Assembly (NCBI GenBank): GCA_965237415.1
Contig: CBDEFM010000002.1
Coordinates: 3,328,001-3,392,000, forward strand
Source: Alphaproteobacteria bacterium
Lineage (GTDB): Bacteria; Pseudomonadota; Alphaproteobacteria; UBA828
DNA: 64,000 bases
Direction of reading: 5' to 3'
The notes beneath the pieces were generated by a model that had not been told where the DNA came from, ran no database searches, and worked only from the letters and a program-made list of their open reading frames with translations. A program made the translations under genes and the position numbers. Shown here in pieces: positions 62,311 through 64,000 of this stretch (positions are counted from its first letter, which is position 1; every line of letters starts with the position of its first letter).

Positions 62311-62785
62311 CAGAGTTCTGATCGAGAAGTTTATTGGAAAATTTTCATAAGTTGTGTTGGAGCGATGACTGGTGAGAAAAGCAGCGGTAGCAATCGCCTT
62401 GTCGGATGTGGATCGCCGAGAGCTGGAAGGCTTCGCCCGCCGACGGAAAACGGCCCAAGGACTGGCGCGGCGGGCGCGGATTGTACTGGCGGCGGCCGAG
62501 GGGCTTGAGAACAAGGCGATCGTGGAGCGGGTGGGCGCCGACGCGAATACGGTCGGCAGGTGGCGTCAGCGCTTTGCCGAGCGCAGGCTCGACGGCCTTT
62601 ACGATGAACCGCGCTCCGGGGCTCCGCGCCAGATCGGTGATGAGAACATCGCGGAGATCATCGGCCGCACTCTGGAAGAGACGCCACCGGGTGACACTCA
62701 TTGGAGCCTGCGCTCGATGGCCCGCGCCTCAGGCTATGCGTCTTCGATCATTCACCGGACTTGGCAGAACACTCACGGTCCGTAA
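62311..62785 (+). mobile_element. IS630 family fragment (transposase N-terminus 62372-62785)
   Basis: LARRARIVL, TVGRWRQRF, LYDEPRSGAP and THWSLRSMA; no DDE domain. Confidence 0.85.
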
Positions 62786-63065
62786 GGGCTCCGCCGTGCG
62801 GTGATGGCGTGGACCGCAGCACCGGCCGGCGAAGCTCGACGGCCGGCGCAACGACGTGTCTGCCGAGATGACGACGCTGGTCAAGACAGGATTCGCCTGA
62901 GCATCCTGCCGCCCTCGCCGAAAATGGCGAAAGCACCGGACTGCGCCAACCATACTGGCATTAGCACACGGAACCATCGGCGCTCCTGGTGCCACCTCAG
63001 ACGGGGGTCTTCTCCTGAAGAGGTGTGTGGAAGAGCTGAGTTGATGCGTCCCGGTACGGGACAGA

Positions 63066-63362
63066 TTACGCGGCGTCGGCGGGTCGCACGCGTTCAGCGA
63101 TCTCGGTTCCACGCTCTCGTTCGACCCGAGCGATGTCGTACTGGCTCTGGAGACCGATCCAGAATGGCGCGCCGTTGCCAAAATAGAGGCCGAGACGCAC
63201 CGCCGTGTCGGCGGTGATCGACCGGCGGCCGTTCAGAATGTCGGTCACGCGGCCGGACGGAACGCCGATGTCCAGCGCCAGCCTGTTGGCGCTCAGGCCC
63301 CGCGCCTCTAGTTCGCGCTTCAGCAATCTACCGGGGTGTGAAATCGGGGTCATGGCCTTCAT
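63066..63362 (-). CDS. higA: HigA family antitoxin
   Basis: HPGRLL, ILNGRRSITADTAVRL and FWIGLQSQYD motifs. Confidence 0.92.
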   Translation of the reverse strand: MKAMTPISHPGRLLKRELEARGLSANRLALDIGVPSGRVTDILNGRRSITADTAVRLGLYFGNGAPFWIGLQSQYDIARVERERGTEIAERVRPADAA

Positions 63363-63646
63363 CCCCTGTGGTAGTCGACGATCTCGACCTCGTAGGCTTC
63401 ACCCACCCGAAACTCGAAGCAAATCCGCCAAGGCCCGTTCACCGTCATCGCCCATTGACTTGCGCGCGTCCCCTTGAGCTTGTGCAACCCGACGCTCTTG
63501 AGCGGACTCAGGTCGCGGAGCGTGTCGGCGGCATTGAGCGCAAGCAGCAAGTCGATGGCGGCCGCGACGTCCAAGCCACGAAACCGGTTCGGCGTCTCAC
63601 CTTCCCAGACCCTTCGGCTGGCCGCGTTGCGCCATGAGCGGCTCAC
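63359..63646 (-). CDS. higB: HigB (RelE/ParE family) toxin
   Basis: LHKLKGTR, VNGPWRICFEF and VEIVDYH; upstream of higA. Confidence 0.9.
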   Translation of the reverse strand: MSRSWRNAASRRVWEGETPNRFRGLDVAAAIDLLLALNAADTLRDLSPLKSVGLHKLKGTRASQWAMTVNGPWRICFEFRVGEAYEVEIVDYHRG

Positions 63647-63828
63647 GGCAAAAACATACTACGTCGGTCGGAGAACTACAACGTCACGCCGAGCGTGAGA
63701 GCCGATGGTCGTGATGTCCGCCGTTGGACATGTCCTCGAATCCAGAAGCCCGGCTGGTCTGCTCACGTGGCGATGTGCTGTCCCGCATGAAGCCTGGCCC
63801 CGCCGGGATGACCGGAACATAACAGGCG

Positions 63829-63999
63829 TCATGGCAGCGCGGGTCGATCGGTGCCGCTCCCGGCTTTGGAGCTCAGGAGATCGGTCCCGATGCTGGCGGC
63901 AATCAGGGCCGCAGCCTCGTGCATCGAGTCGCGCGCCAGATGGGCGTACCTGGCCGTTGTCTCCACCTGAGAATGACCGAGAAGCCGGCCGATGACGGG
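63829..63999 (-). CDS. Tyrosine recombinase C-terminus (5' part outside window)
   Basis: Manual translation PVIGRLLGHSQVETTARYAHLARDSMHEAA. Confidence 0.8.
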   Translation of the reverse strand, partial: PVIGRLLGHSQVETTARYAHLARDSMHEAAALIAASIGTDLLSSKAGSGTDRPALP

Positions 64000-64000
64000 C

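Larger units (their letters stand above)
35231..64000. mobile_element. Decayed genomic island starting at tRNA-Arg (right end not in window)
   Basis: Integrase abuts tRNA 3' end; followed by phage and conjugative remnants, six IS families, TA genes and a second integrase. Confidence 0.7.

Overview
High-GC alphaproteobacterial chromosome segment; the ffh-rpsP-rimM-trmD-rplS-leuC-leuD order, the ffh leader motif and glnB-glnA point to a Rhodospirillales-like host (inference). Bases 1-35 kb are mostly core/metabolic. They hold a ureE start, an acyl-CoA ligase, a nicotinate-type molybdoenzyme/6-hydroxynicotinate reductase/hydantoinase operon, ribosomal and leucine genes, a branched-chain ABC transporter whose livH start is interrupted by a 265-bp MITE, folD, argG, glnBA, an aminotransferase and an AT-rich three-gene HicA-like module. 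From tRNA-Arg(UCU) at 35155-35230 to the window end the DNA looks like a decayed genomic island. It carries an integrase fused in frame to xis and terminase remnants, conjugative-element leading-region debris (ssb and topA fragments, repeated hairpin leaders), IS21/IS66/IS1182/IS1634/IS1595/IS630 pieces and recQ. It also has an intact TetR-linked catabolic operon of unknown substrate, higBA and a second integrase running off the edge. No CRISPR array or rRNA was seen. All assignments come from motif recognition by eye, without database searches.
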